A stretch of 64,000 nt of DNA from Sphingomonadales bacterium (GTDB lineage Bacteria > Pseudomonadota > Alphaproteobacteria > Sphingomonadales > Sphingomonadaceae), in NCBI GenBank assembly GCA_013297725.1, contig JAAFIB010000002.1:45212-109211 (forward strand). The letters run 5' to 3'. Made by a program: the position numbers and the translations under genes. Positions 49,059-58,729 of the stretch are shown one piece after another (positions within the stretch are counted from its first letter, which is position 1; each line of letters begins with the position of its first letter). The notes under the pieces were generated by a model that was given only the letters and a program-made list of their open reading frames with translations, was not told the DNA's origin and did no database searches.

Positions 49059-49182
49059 AAGTCATCTCCTTTGACACACGCGTCTAAGGGAAGACTGACG
49101 AATTCTTAGTATACGAGCATGATTAACGCACATTAACTCCTTTTGAACTACACGGCGTTGCTTATTGGAAATAGCGTAGATG

Positions 49183-49250
49183 AACGTTAGGCAAGTTCTG
49201 GCGGACACAAAACGCCGACCGAACGGCAGGAAAGTTTAGCGAAAACAGCT
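49183..49250 (+). repeat. Module-junction motif, site B (pilus | LysR operon)
   Basis: AACGTTAGGCAAG (49183-49195) and AACGGCAGGAAAG-TTTAGCGAAAACAG (from 49222). Confidence 0.5.
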
Positions 49251-49408
49251 AAAGCCTCTTCCGTCGATAAGCATGGAGTCAAATGGTCTGTTTGGGAGAC
49301 GTGCGCGGAACACGTCAACACACCCAAACCTTTTGCGAACAGCCACTAAACAGGAAATGCACGCTGCCGATGTGCATTACACTGAAAAGCCATATTCTGT
49401 CTTCAAAA

Positions 49409-50317
49409 TCAAATTCCTGCAATCTGCGTTCTTATCCTTGACGTACAAAATTCGATAAACTGCTCAATCGCTTGCGTTCGTATTCCACTCTTCGCTGCGA
49501 GCGAGACTTTGTGGCGATCGATAGTCCATTCTGGAAGCACCGGTATCAATTTTCCGGACGCAAGATGGGGATCAGCAACAAATGTCGGCAGTCTTGCGAT
49601 ACCCAATCCGTCAAGCGCAGCTGCCAGCAAAAAATCTGTTTCGTTGGTTTCCAGCTTGGGTGCAAAGTCCAGCTGAAATTCTTTGCCCGCTGCTGTTCGC
49701 ATCAACCATCGGCCCCTTAGACTGGTTCCGCAAAGGTTGGACAGGATTGCATAATCACAAAGATCCGAAGGCGCTTCAATCGTCGCTTTTTGAAGATAGC
49801 TAGGGGCAGCGTAAAGCTTTGCGTCCAACATCCCCAATTCCCAGGCATCCAAAGAAGCCGGCACTGAAATTCCAACACAAAATGAGATGTCGATCCGATC
49901 ATCTTCGGGATCGAAGATTCGATCTGATAGAGTGACCTCGATGCTCACAAGCGGATATTGGCTGCAAAATTCGGATAGGATTTGAGGAAGAAAGCCACGC
50001 CCAAATATCCGTGGTGCCTTGATCCGGACCGCACCGCGCGTAACCTTATCCTTCTTTGAAAAGAGAGCACCAATGCCTTGAAAACTGTCGATACCGCCAT
50101 GCGCGGTATCGAAAAGACTGCGCCCGATAGCGGTCAGCTCAATGCCATTTTGATCACGCGTGACCAGAGCAGTGCCGAGTTGCTGTTCCAGCTTTGCGAC
50201 ATGACGGCTGACGGTGGATTTTGGCATGCTCAGATAGCGCGCCGCTTTTGCAAGGCCGCCCAATTCAATAGCCGCTACAAAGGTGCGCAAGGCGTTGAGG
50301 TCAATTGATCGTTCCAT
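49409..50317 (-). CDS. LysR-family transcriptional regulator (CrgA/DmlR-like)
   Basis: HTH 'LRTFVAAIELGGLAKAARYLSMPKSTVSRHVAKLEQQLG', 'GIARLPTF'. Confidence 0.93.
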   Translation of the reverse strand: MERSIDLNALRTFVAAIELGGLAKAARYLSMPKSTVSRHVAKLEQQLGTALVTRDQNGIELTAIGRSLFDTAHGGIDSFQGIGALFSKKDKVTRGAVRIKAPRIFGRGFLPQILSEFCSQYPLVSIEVTLSDRIFDPEDDRIDISFCVGISVPASLDAWELGMLDAKLYAAPSYLQKATIEAPSDLCDYAILSNLCGTSLRGRWLMRTAAGKEFQLDFAPKLETNETDFLLAAALDGLGIARLPTFVADPHLASGKLIPVLPEWTIDRHKVSLAAKSGIRTQAIEQFIEFCTSRIRTQIAGI

Positions 50318-50326
50318 TTATGCAAC
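50311..50326. promoter_or_regulatory. Candidate LysR binding site (T-N11-A)
   Basis: GTTCCATTTATGCAAC, GTT...AAC dyad overlapping the lysR start codon. Confidence 0.5.
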
Positions 50327-50436
50327 CTTAATACCATTTTTGCTTACTAGATAGCATTATCAGAACGCGTTATCCAAACCACACGGATGTGGGGGATCCA
50401 CCGTCAAAAGTAATAGCGCCAAATGGAGTCTCCCCT

Positions 50437-51024
50437 ATGAACTATTCCGACAAGCTTACTCGCGACAATGCAGTCGTCATTCTCGTAGATTTTCTCGATG
50501 GCTTCTTTCCCGGCATAAAAACAATCGATCATGATCTGCTGCGTCGTAATGCAGAGGCCTTTGCGCGGCTCTCCGCCGTCTTCAAAATGCCGACAATCAT
50601 GCTGGGAGAAGAAGGCGATTTCCGGGGGAACTTCTTCCCCGGCGTAGTCGCCAATGCAGGTCACGCTGTCCGGGTCGAACGGCATACACCCAGTGCATGG
50701 GATGAACCTGAATTTCAGCGGGTACTTGCAGGCTTTCGCCGCAAGAAAGTCATCCTTGGTGGCATTTCGCTCGATATTTGCACTTTGCAACTGACCCTCG
50801 ATCTGATCGCAGGCGGCTATGAACCTTATGTCGTGGTCGACGTCTCTGGTTCCGACACGGCTTTGAATGAGCAAGCCGCGATGCACCGCATGACGCAGGC
50901 CGGTGCTGTCATGGTCAGCTGGGCGTCAATTGCCTCTGAAATTATGAAGGACTGGCAGACACCCGAAGGGCCAGAGATTGGCAAGCTGTATCAAGACTTC
51001 AGCTATTGGGGAAACCGCATTTGA
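50437..51024 (+). CDS. Isochorismatase-family hydrolase (YcaC-like)
   Basis: 'VILVDF', 'SAW', catalytic Cys in 'GISLDICT', 'VVVDVSG', 'RMTQAGAV'. Confidence 0.85.
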   Translation: MNYSDKLTRDNAVVILVDFLDGFFPGIKTIDHDLLRRNAEAFARLSAVFKMPTIMLGEEGDFRGNFFPGVVANAGHAVRVERHTPSAWDEPEFQRVLAGFRRKKVILGGISLDICTLQLTLDLIAGGYEPYVVVDVSGSDTALNEQAAMHRMTQAGAVMVSWASIASEIMKDWQTPEGPEIGKLYQDFSYWGNRI

Positions 51025-51281
51025 TGCCGCGGGACCGATTGTTCCTGATGTTCTTCATGACGCTGCTGATGGGACTCATCCTGTCTGCGGTGTTCACATG
51101 GCAGGCGCAAGGATTTGCGAGCGGCTTCATCGCTGCGTGGGCTGTTCGGTTCCTATCGACCTATATCATCGTGCTGCCGACCGTATTGATCGTTTCGCCG
51201 GTGGCTCAGTGGCTGGCCGTGCGCGCCGACAATTTTTTCGCGCGACTAGAGAATGATAAAACCCAGAAAGGGAACACATGA
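51024..51281 (+). CDS. DUF2798-like small membrane protein
   Basis: Two TMs; 'FFMTLLMGLILS...GF..AW...FL..Y.IVLP'. Confidence 0.75.
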   Translation: MPRDRLFLMFFMTLLMGLILSAVFTWQAQGFASGFIAAWAVRFLSTYIIVLPTVLIVSPVAQWLAVRADNFFARLENDKTQKGNT

Positions 51282-52141
51282 CAAACGACACCTCCTCCAC
51301 TATCCGCCACAGCAAAGCCTATACTCAATATGGCGGCCCAATTCATTACCGCATTGCAGGTTCGGGCCCGCCGCTGCTGCTGATCCACGGTTGGATGGGG
51401 ACATCATATAGCTGGCGAAAAGTGATGTCGTTGCTGGCAGATCATTTCACCGTGATTGCGCCTGATTGCCGGGGTTATGGCGACAGTCACAAGCCCTATG
51501 CGGGCTATGATGGACGGCTAGTCAAGGATGAATTACGCGCCGTGGTGCAAAGCCTGAGATTTGAGAAAATTGCAGTCGTTGGACATGATATGGGCGCGCT
51601 GGTGGCTTTGCTCTATGCCGCCCAGCACCGTGATGAAGTAACCGGCCTTGGCTATTTTGATGAGCCATTGGTGGGCTATAATCTCGATCAGTTTACCGCA
51701 TTCACGGCGGACAACCCGTTCGTCTATTGGTGGTTCGCTTTCAATAGCCAGCCCCACGTCCCGGCTCTTTTATGGGAAGGCAAAGAGGCGCAGATGGTGG
51801 ATCATCTGCTAACCTCCATGATCGCCAACCCAGACGCCATCAACAATGCCGACCGAGCAGAATATGTGCGCGGGCTGCGCTCGCCCGGAGGACTGCACGG
51901 CTCATTTGGGTGGTATCGTGACAGCTTGATAACGGGCGCGCAAATCCGCGAGGCGACGGCCGAAAAAATCACCTGCCCGGTGCTCGCCATGAATGGTCAG
52001 TTTGGTCATCCAGGCGTGACTGAGCAGATGGACTTGGTCGCTACCAACGTGACTGGCTACACCATCCCCTATTGCGGGCATATGCTGGCAGAGGAGTTTC
52101 CGGACCAAGTGGCAGAGGCCATCCTTAAAGTGCTCGCATGA
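51278..52141 (+). CDS. Alpha/beta hydrolase, epoxide-hydrolase-like
   Basis: 'HGWMG', 'PDCRGYG.S', Asp nucleophile 'GHDMGA', 'WYR', C-terminal 'GHMLAEE.P'. Confidence 0.88.
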   Translation: MTNDTSSTIRHSKAYTQYGGPIHYRIAGSGPPLLLIHGWMGTSYSWRKVMSLLADHFTVIAPDCRGYGDSHKPYAGYDGRLVKDELRAVVQSLRFEKIAVVGHDMGALVALLYAAQHRDEVTGLGYFDEPLVGYNLDQFTAFTADNPFVYWWFAFNSQPHVPALLWEGKEAQMVDHLLTSMIANPDAINNADRAEYVRGLRSPGGLHGSFGWYRDSLITGAQIREATAEKITCPVLAMNGQFGHPGVTEQMDLVATNVTGYTIPYCGHMLAEEFPDQVAEAILKVLA

Positions 52142-52758
52142 TTACGCTCTACACACAGACCACGCCCAATGGCCGAAAGCCCATGATCCTGCTGGAGGAA
52201 CTGGCCCAGCCTTATGCCCGCTACATGGTCAATTTTGGCGATCAGGAACAAAAGTCGGCGAATTTCTTGAAGCTTAATCCCAACGGGAAGATCCCGGTTT
52301 TGGTCGACGAGGCAGGCCCAAAGGGCGAGAGTCATGTGGTGTTCGAATCCGGCGCGATCCTTATATATCTTGCCGAAAAGTTCGGGTCCGAGCTGTGGCC
52401 AACCGATCCGATAGCACGCAGTACCTGCCTGCAATGGGTCATGTTCCAGATGGCAAGCGTCGGCCCGATGATCGGGCAAGCGGGTCATTTCATGCGTGCG
52501 CCGGAGCCCCAAGCCTATGCGGCGCAACGCTTTCAGGATGAGGTTGCGCGTATCGTCGGTGTGTTGGATATGCGATTGGCCAAAGCGGACTATCTTGCTG
52601 GCAATTATTCCATTGCCGACATTGCGACCTATCCCTGGATTATCGGCGGCGTTGATTTCGTTGGGCTTGACCTTGCCCCGCACGTCCATGTTAGCCGCTG
52701 GGTTCAGGCTGTTAGTCAACGTCCTGCCATCACCAATGCTATGGCGATCACTAGCTAA
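52138..52758 (+). CDS. Glutathione S-transferase (YfcG-like)
   Basis: 'TPNGRK', 'NPNGKIP', 'FESGAIL.YLAEK', 'YSIADIATYPW'. Confidence 0.92.
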   Translation: MITLYTQTTPNGRKPMILLEELAQPYARYMVNFGDQEQKSANFLKLNPNGKIPVLVDEAGPKGESHVVFESGAILIYLAEKFGSELWPTDPIARSTCLQWVMFQMASVGPMIGQAGHFMRAPEPQAYAAQRFQDEVARIVGVLDMRLAKADYLAGNYSIADIATYPWIIGGVDFVGLDLAPHVHVSRWVQAVSQRPAITNAMAITS

Positions 52759-52782
52759 ACATCTTTACTTAGGAGTATCAAT

Positions 52783-53154
52783 ATGCCCGAAGACCCAATG
52801 GTCGTCGACCGTACAAGCAACACCGGCGATGCCGCAAAGACTATCGATGGCTTAGTTATGCTCGTTAATCTGTTCACGCCCAAAGAAGGGCAGGAACAGG
52901 CGTTCATCGACGCACAGACCGCCGAATATGTGCGCCTGAAAGGAAAGGTTGCAGGCTGGATCGGCAACCGCCTTGGCCGGGCCGTCGATGGCAGCGGACA
53001 GCTGGTTAATGTCGCGATGTTCGACAGCATGGCCAATTACAATGGTTGGCGCGAAAGTGCCTTGTTCGCCGAGCATCTGGAGATCATCCGACCTTTCGTC
53101 GAAAAGTCAGCGCCTGGCATGTATGAGTTGCTGTATAGCGCCGGTGATCTCTGA
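52783..53154 (+). CDS. ABM (antibiotic biosynthesis monooxygenase-like) dimeric alpha/beta-barrel protein
   Basis: 'LVNLFTP..GQEQAF', 'LVNVAMFDS'; ferredoxin-like pattern, 123 aa. Confidence 0.7.
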   Translation: MPEDPMVVDRTSNTGDAAKTIDGLVMLVNLFTPKEGQEQAFIDAQTAEYVRLKGKVAGWIGNRLGRAVDGSGQLVNVAMFDSMANYNGWRESALFAEHLEIIRPFVEKSAPGMYELLYSAGDL

Positions 53155-53852
53155 TGAGTGCTGCCGATCTTTCGGGCAAGCGGATCGTTATTGGCGGCGG
53201 CACGGGTGATGTTGGGGTCGAGATTGTTGACCGGCTGCTTACCGCAGGAGCCGAGGTGATCGCTGTGGTGCGCTCGGCCGGCCGTGCAGATGCTCTGCCC
53301 AAAAATGCGAGCCTAACTTTGATTGAAGGTTTTCCCGAAGATGATGCGGACGTTGCGGCGTTACGTGCGCAGCTATCCAGTATTGGCGCCGTGCATGGCG
53401 CCGTCGCAAGCCTTGGGCCATGGTTTCATGGGCCAGCGCTGGCTGACCTACCCAAGACCGACTGGGACCATATGGTCTCCGCCGCGCTGACCAGCCACTA
53501 TCTTTTCGCCCGCAGCCTGATGCCAGCTTTATCAACATCTGCGGGGCAATATGTCATGATCAACGGTGCTGGCGCGCTGGCTCCGGTCCCGCACTCGGGT
53601 GTTGTCTCGATACTGGCACACGCTCAGATGATGATGGGTGAAGTGCTTGCGGCGGAGAACCTGTCCGTCGGTGTCCACACGCTTATGCTACGCTCGATCA
53701 TCGCAACTCGGGCGCGACCCAAACATGATCCAAGCTGGATCACTGCTGCGGAAGTGGGTGAGGCCTGCGCCTGGCTGTTCACAGAGCAAGGCCGCATGAC
53801 CGCCGGATCAGTGCTTACGCTGAACCCCAAACCGACCCTGAAAGGAAATTGA
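53154..53852 (+). CDS. Atypical short-chain dehydrogenase/reductase
   Basis: Rossmann 'IVIGGGTGDVG'; no canonical YxxxK evident. Confidence 0.8.
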   Translation: MSAADLSGKRIVIGGGTGDVGVEIVDRLLTAGAEVIAVVRSAGRADALPKNASLTLIEGFPEDDADVAALRAQLSSIGAVHGAVASLGPWFHGPALADLPKTDWDHMVSAALTSHYLFARSLMPALSTSAGQYVMINGAGALAPVPHSGVVSILAHAQMMMGEVLAAENLSVGVHTLMLRSIIATRARPKHDPSWITAAEVGEACAWLFTEQGRMTAGSVLTLNPKPTLKGN

Positions 53853-54301
53853 AAATGGCGCCTTATTACACTGCCGAATATAGCCTCTCCGCCGAAGACG
53901 ATCTTACCGCCCGTCAGGTGATCGCACGGCTAAACCACGCGCTCGATGCGGCTGACTATAAATCCTATGCGCAGATGTTTGCAGCTGACGGCGTTTTTGT
54001 ATCGGGTTTTGGCAATGCTGTGGGGCCGGAACAGGTCGAGGCTGCCTTGGGACAAGTCGCTCCCTTCATAACCAACAAACGCCATGTTGCGGGCAACCTT
54101 GTGATCAGCGGCAATGGTGATGAGCTCGTCGTGACGAGCTACCTTATCGTCTTTGAACGGGACGCAGAGCTTAAATATGTCGGCTCCGCCGTGAATGAAG
54201 ACACCCTCAAGAAAGTGGACGGCCGCTGGCTAGTTGCCCGTCATGACTCAACTCTGGATCCAGCAACAGCGGCCTATATCCAGTCAGTGATGAATCCGTA
54301 G
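53849..54301 (+). CDS. SnoaL/NTF2-like protein
   Basis: 'YAQMFAADGVF', 'RHVAGN', 'DTLKKVDGRWLV'. Confidence 0.82.
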   Translation: MKMAPYYTAEYSLSAEDDLTARQVIARLNHALDAADYKSYAQMFAADGVFVSGFGNAVGPEQVEAALGQVAPFITNKRHVAGNLVISGNGDELVVTSYLIVFERDAELKYVGSAVNEDTLKKVDGRWLVARHDSTLDPATAAYIQSVMNP

Positions 54302-54311
54302 GAAAAAGACT

Positions 54312-55172
54312 ATGTCGCTAGAGGATTTTGAACATCACCGCGTAAGAAACGGTACTATCGGCCTTCACGCTGTCTCGCTCGGTAGAGGCGACCCCGTCAT
54401 TCTCATCCACGGCTTTCCGCAACATTGGTGGATGTGGCGCGGTACAATGCAAGCGCTGGCAAAGGCGGGTTATCGCGCCATCGCCATTGATCAACGTGGC
54501 TGTGGCGGATCCGACATACCACCGACTGGCTATGACAAGGCAACGCTGGCATCCGATGTCGTCGCTGTCATGGACGCGCTCGATATCCCACGCGCGGCTG
54601 TTGTCGGTTATGATCATGGCGGTGGGACAGCGTTGGCGCTGGCCTATACCGCACCAGACCGTGTCGAGCGCCTGACGGTCATTGAATATGCGCCACCCGG
54701 TTTTGGCTATGAGATGGGGCTGACGGCGGCACCCGGCAATGTGAACTGGCAGCTGGCTTTCTTCACACAGCCCGACGTTGCGATCCAGTTTATTGGCGGG
54801 AAGGAACGCGAGTTGCTGGCATGGTATTTCTGGCATTGGGCCTATAACCCCGATGCTGTCGATCAGGCCGATTTCGAGGTCTATGTGCGGCAGTTGCAAA
54901 AGCCCGGCGCGCTGCGCGGCGGCATGATGCATTTTGCTAGCGTTTTTGAGGATATGGCGCTGTTCAAAGGCTGGTCGGAGAGCGGAAGACTGGCGATGCC
55001 CTGCCTTGGTATTGGCGGTGAGATCGCAGCAGGCGTCTATAGCGAGATGGCCTTAAAGGCCTTGGCCGACAATGTACGTGGCACCGTGATCGCCAAAGCC
55101 GGCCATTGGATCGCAGAGGAACAACCCGAAGCGCTGAACCAATGCTTGCTCGACTTTCTCAGCGCTGGCTAA
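54312..55172 (+). CDS. Second alpha/beta hydrolase, epoxide hydrolase/dehalogenase-like
   Basis: 'HGFPQ', 'DQRGCG.S', 'GYDHGG', 'GHWIAEEQP'. Confidence 0.88.
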   Translation: MSLEDFEHHRVRNGTIGLHAVSLGRGDPVILIHGFPQHWWMWRGTMQALAKAGYRAIAIDQRGCGGSDIPPTGYDKATLASDVVAVMDALDIPRAAVVGYDHGGGTALALAYTAPDRVERLTVIEYAPPGFGYEMGLTAAPGNVNWQLAFFTQPDVAIQFIGGKERELLAWYFWHWAYNPDAVDQADFEVYVRQLQKPGALRGGMMHFASVFEDMALFKGWSESGRLAMPCLGIGGEIAAGVYSEMALKALADNVRGTVIAKAGHWIAEEQPEALNQCLLDFLSAG

Positions 55173-56416
55173 TCGCTGTCCTAGCGCTAGCTGCAGCCAG
55201 CCCGTGTATTGCGCAAGAGGCGAAAGAAAGCAGCGCCAAGGACGTAGCGGTCGGACTTGACGCACGGCTGCGTTATGAGGTCATTGACCCGGCAACCTTT
55301 GGCAACGGACCGCAGGATAGCGGCGGTTACATGCTCTGGCGTATCGCGCCCCATGCAGAGGTGGAGATCGCACCGGAGTGGCGTGTTCATGCGCAAATAT
55401 TCGCCGCCGGACAGTTGGGCCGCAACGGCGGTGCAAGGGCGAATGACCGCAATGATCTTGATCTGACGCAGGCCTATGTCGAATGGCGGCCAAATGCTGG
55501 AAGCTTTGTGCGCGTAGGTCGGCAAGAAATGGCGCTGGGTTCCGGACGGTTGCTTGCCGCTTTGGACGGGGCGAATGTCCGTCGGCGCTTTGACGGCGTG
55601 CTGGGGCAAAGGCGCGTTGGCGACTGGACCGTGATTGGGCTCGCGGCTTCGCCAGTGCTGGTGCAGCCTGGGGTGTTTGACGATGACAGCGATCTCAATC
55701 GTCTGGCGGTGGGCACAGGCGTGGTGCGCGGTGATGCCAGTCGCAACAGCGAAGCTCTTTATGCCATCCGCACAGAAAGTTTTACGCCATTTTTTGGCGC
55801 AGCTGCCGGGCGGCAAGAGCGCTTCACTCTTGGTGCGCGTATCGTAAGGACAACGCCGCGCCTGTATGTAGAGACGGAGGCGTTGGCGCAATTTGGCAAT
55901 GCGCAAGATCGTAGGAACGTTCGCGCTTGGGCGATGGCCGGCGAAGTGCGCGCTCCTGTTGCAAAAGCGGGCAGTGCGCAGCTATTGGCCGGGGCCAAGT
56001 TCAGCATAGCAAGCGGCGATGCCAATCGCGGCGATCAACGCATTACGGGTTTCGACCCCCTATTCCCGAACCCAGCCTTTACAGGGTCTTTCCCGATCTT
56101 TGCGCCAACCAACATTGCCAGCATTGATCCGTCAATTTCGCTACAATGGTCCAACGGCAATCGCGTTGGCATTGATGTTGCGCTGATGCAGCGTCTGACA
56201 ACGCGGGATCAGCTTTACACATTGGGCGGCACTGCCATTACAACCCGCGGGTCTGGGCGCAATGTCGGTGCGTTATGGGCGCTGACTGGCAGCTACCGGA
56301 TCAACCACATGCTCAGCCTGAATGGCAGCGCCATCTGGCTTAACATGGGCAGCAGTTTCGCCGCTGATCAACGCGACACACTTGGCGCGTTTCTCAATCT
56401 TAATCTCGCGCTTTGA
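55142..56416 (+). CDS. Alginate-export (AlgE-like) family outer-membrane porin
   Basis: Signal peptide, 'LTQAYVEW', 'RVGRQEM', 'RRFDG', 'FDPLFP'; start uncertain. Confidence 0.8.
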   Translation: MLARLSQRWLIAVLALAAASPCIAQEAKESSAKDVAVGLDARLRYEVIDPATFGNGPQDSGGYMLWRIAPHAEVEIAPEWRVHAQIFAAGQLGRNGGARANDRNDLDLTQAYVEWRPNAGSFVRVGRQEMALGSGRLLAALDGANVRRRFDGVLGQRRVGDWTVIGLAASPVLVQPGVFDDDSDLNRLAVGTGVVRGDASRNSEALYAIRTESFTPFFGAAAGRQERFTLGARIVRTTPRLYVETEALAQFGNAQDRRNVRAWAMAGEVRAPVAKAGSAQLLAGAKFSIASGDANRGDQRITGFDPLFPNPAFTGSFPIFAPTNIASIDPSISLQWSNGNRVGIDVALMQRLTTRDQLYTLGGTAITTRGSGRNVGALWALTGSYRINHMLSLNGSAIWLNMGSSFAADQRDTLGAFLNLNLAL

Positions 56417-56428
56417 AAGGCATTTCTG

Positions 56429-57361
56429 ATGATCGACCGCCGTACTATAATCCTAAGTGGCGGTGCCGCGCTCTTGGCGTCGGCTTGCGCTCCGGTAAAT
56501 GGACCGGCATCCAAAACTGCTGGTTCAACCCCAACGCGTCGCGTCCTGTGGGCGGCCAATGTTCGCACCAAATCGCTCGCTGATCGGCTGATCGCTGCGC
56601 GCGCAGGCCAATTCACCCATATGTCGATCTTTCCTATTGATTGGCAAAGCTGGCGCAACAGCGGCCTTTCCGTCGAAACGATGCGTTCCATGATCGAGGA
56701 TACCGGTGTCAAAGTGCTGGCGATTGATCCCTTTGTTCAATGGATTCCGGGCTTTGCCATCCCGGATTCCTATCCACCGCAAAATCGCGGGTTCATCCAG
56801 TTCGGCGAAGCCGCCATCTTGCGCATTGCCGAAGAGGCCGAGGCTGAAGCAATCAACTGCGTTGAGGGGCTAGGACAAGCGCATCCAAAAGCGTTGCTGG
56901 TAGATGCTTTTGGCGGTTTTGCAGATCGCGCCGGGCAACGCGGATTGCGGGTCACGCTGGAATTTATGCCGATTTCCTCTATTACTGGCTTGCGCGAAGG
57001 TTGGGCAATTATTGATGGCGCAAACCGGCCCAATGCCGGGCTGTGTTTTGACACTTGGCATTATTTCCGATCGTACGAGGACACTGAAACATTGGCGCGC
57101 ATTCCCGCCAACAAGATCTTCGAAGTCCAGCTCGCCGATGCCAAAAAACAGCAGCAGGTCCCCGACCTGATCGAAGACCTGCTCCGATTCCGCCTCCTAC
57201 CGGGCGACGGCGAGTTTGATATTGCAGGCATTACGGCAGCACTTAAGGCCAAGGGAGCTTGGACCTCAGTAGGCCCAGAAGTGTTCGCGGATTGGATCGA
57301 TAAACTCGAACAGCGCAACGTGGAAGAACAATGCAGCGCGGCATTGCAGAGGTTTATTTAG
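56429..57361 (+). CDS. Sugar-phosphate isomerase/epimerase TIM barrel with Tat lipoprotein signal
   Basis: 'RR' plus 'LASAC'; metal motifs 'LEFMP', 'FDTWH', 'VQLAD', 'LLPGDG', 'PEVF'. Confidence 0.85.
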   Translation: MIDRRTIILSGGAALLASACAPVNGPASKTAGSTPTRRVLWAANVRTKSLADRLIAARAGQFTHMSIFPIDWQSWRNSGLSVETMRSMIEDTGVKVLAIDPFVQWIPGFAIPDSYPPQNRGFIQFGEAAILRIAEEAEAEAINCVEGLGQAHPKALLVDAFGGFADRAGQRGLRVTLEFMPISSITGLREGWAIIDGANRPNAGLCFDTWHYFRSYEDTETLARIPANKIFEVQLADAKKQQQVPDLIEDLLRFRLLPGDGEFDIAGITAALKAKGAWTSVGPEVFADWIDKLEQRNVEEQCSAALQRFI

Positions 57362-57470
57362 TGGATTTGATTTCGGTCTATCGCTCGCCAGTCAACGACA
57401 AATTCGACGATTTTTCTAGGAAATGGCGACCGATCAGTGATCGATTGGCTGTTGTGTGCAGAGTTGAACG

Positions 57471-57535
57471 AACGTCTGCTTTCAGGGAGCGATATAGGCA
57501 CATTTAACGTCCGGAATGTTAGCGGCAGCAGTTTC
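57471..57535 (+). repeat. Module-junction motif, site C (LysR operon | iron module)
   Basis: AACGTCTGCTTTC (57471-57483) and AACGTCCGGAATG-TTAGCGGCAGCAG (from 57506). Confidence 0.55.
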
Positions 57536-57541
57536 GCAGGT

Positions 57542-58729
57542 TTATTGCGTCGTTGCGGGCAGTTGTGGATCGAATTTGTTGCCGTTGGGGTTTTCGCCCC
57601 GAAGGTTCCCGGCGACTTTTCTTCGCTCCCTCCGCCGCAAAAACAGAGTGATTCCGGCCAGTGGGAGCGTCAACAGCGCAATCCCCTGCAGAACGATCAA
57701 GACTTCGCCGAACAGACCAAGCAACCTGCCATTGTGAAGCTCGACCAGATAGGTGAGCACAGTATCGCCCGCCTTCATCTCCGCCTCCCCGCGTGAGAAC
57801 AGGATACTGCCGCACTTGGCATCGACGATGACCTCGACATTGCCGCGCGCAGGGACCGTTGATTGCGTAGGCCGCAGCCAGATTTGATAAACAGGGTTCT
57901 GGCGCGTGGGCAGGAAAAGTGAGGAGAGCTCCATGCCCGGAAACTTCGCGCGCGCGGCAGCAAGAGCATCTCCGGCGCGTGCCACTATGTTCGGTGCGCA
58001 TACAGATTTCGGTGCTTTTGCCGGATCGAACTCAGCGGAAGTTCCCAACGGGCTGGCAATGACCTCAGCCACGTCAAATCGGGTCAGCATGAGGCCCGTC
58101 ATGGCCGCAAGGATCAGCAACGGCGCCGCCCAAAAACCGATTGCTGCATGGAACCGCCTGTGCCCTGTCACGCTAGAGGGTTTGGGGATAATCATTGCCG
58201 CCTTGATACGCTTCCGTCCCGGCCACCAGAGATACAGCCCTGACAATGCGAAGCCGAAAATGATGACCGACAGCGCCACCAGCACCCATGATGAGATGGC
58301 GGGCGGCAAAAACAAGCTCATGTGCAGTTTGAGCGGCAGCATCGACCAGCTGTCCTCTGCGATGAAATGCGCCAGCGGCTCGCCGGTGTAGGGATTGACC
58401 GTTACCACGCCATGCGCGTCACCGCCATCGAGGCGCACCGGCGCGTAGATGATCGTCGGCGCGGAAATCCGCATCGGCGTTGCGCGCGGACCGAAATAGC
58501 CCTCGACACTTGGCAGCTTGCCATATTTCGCCTCAGCCTTCGCCAGCCAGATTTCGGGTGCGGCATAGGGCTGGTTCTGCATGGGCACACTGACCTTGTT
58601 CGCTCCAAACTCCCATTCGTAGAACGTCGTCGAGAACACCATGCCAATGCCCGACAGCGCAATGAGCGCGACGTAGAGCCCTGCCACAATTCCGACCCAG
58701 CGGTGAACAAGAACAAGGGCTTTGCGCAT
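57542..58729 (-). CDS. PepSY-associated TM protein
   Basis: 'VHRWVG', 'VNPYTG', 'LH.SL', 'SGLYLWWP', 'H..IG.W', 'LH.G'. Confidence 0.92.
   Translation of the reverse strand: MRKALVLVHRWVGIVAGLYVALIALSGIGMVFSTTFYEWEFGANKVSVPMQNQPYAAPEIWLAKAEAKYGKLPSVEGYFGPRATPMRISAPTIIYAPVRLDGGDAHGVVTVNPYTGEPLAHFIAEDSWSMLPLKLHMSLFLPPAISSWVLVALSVIIFGFALSGLYLWWPGRKRIKAAMIIPKPSSVTGHRRFHAAIGFWAAPLLILAAMTGLMLTRFDVAEVIASPLGTSAEFDPAKAPKSVCAPNIVARAGDALAAARAKFPGMELSSLFLPTRQNPVYQIWLRPTQSTVPARGNVEVIVDAKCGSILFSRGEAEMKAGDTVLTYLVELHNGRLLGLFGEVLIVLQGIALLTLPLAGITLFLRRRERRKVAGNLRGENPNGNKFDPQLPATTQ

Noticed and set aside
49123-49136. Canonical CtrA box upstream of the antisense pilin
   Set aside because: Spacing is TTAA-N6-TTAA, not N7; kept only as an unassigned direct repeat.
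55142-56416. Alginate biosynthesis locus
   Set aside because: Only the porin is present; no alg8/alg44/algD-type genes.
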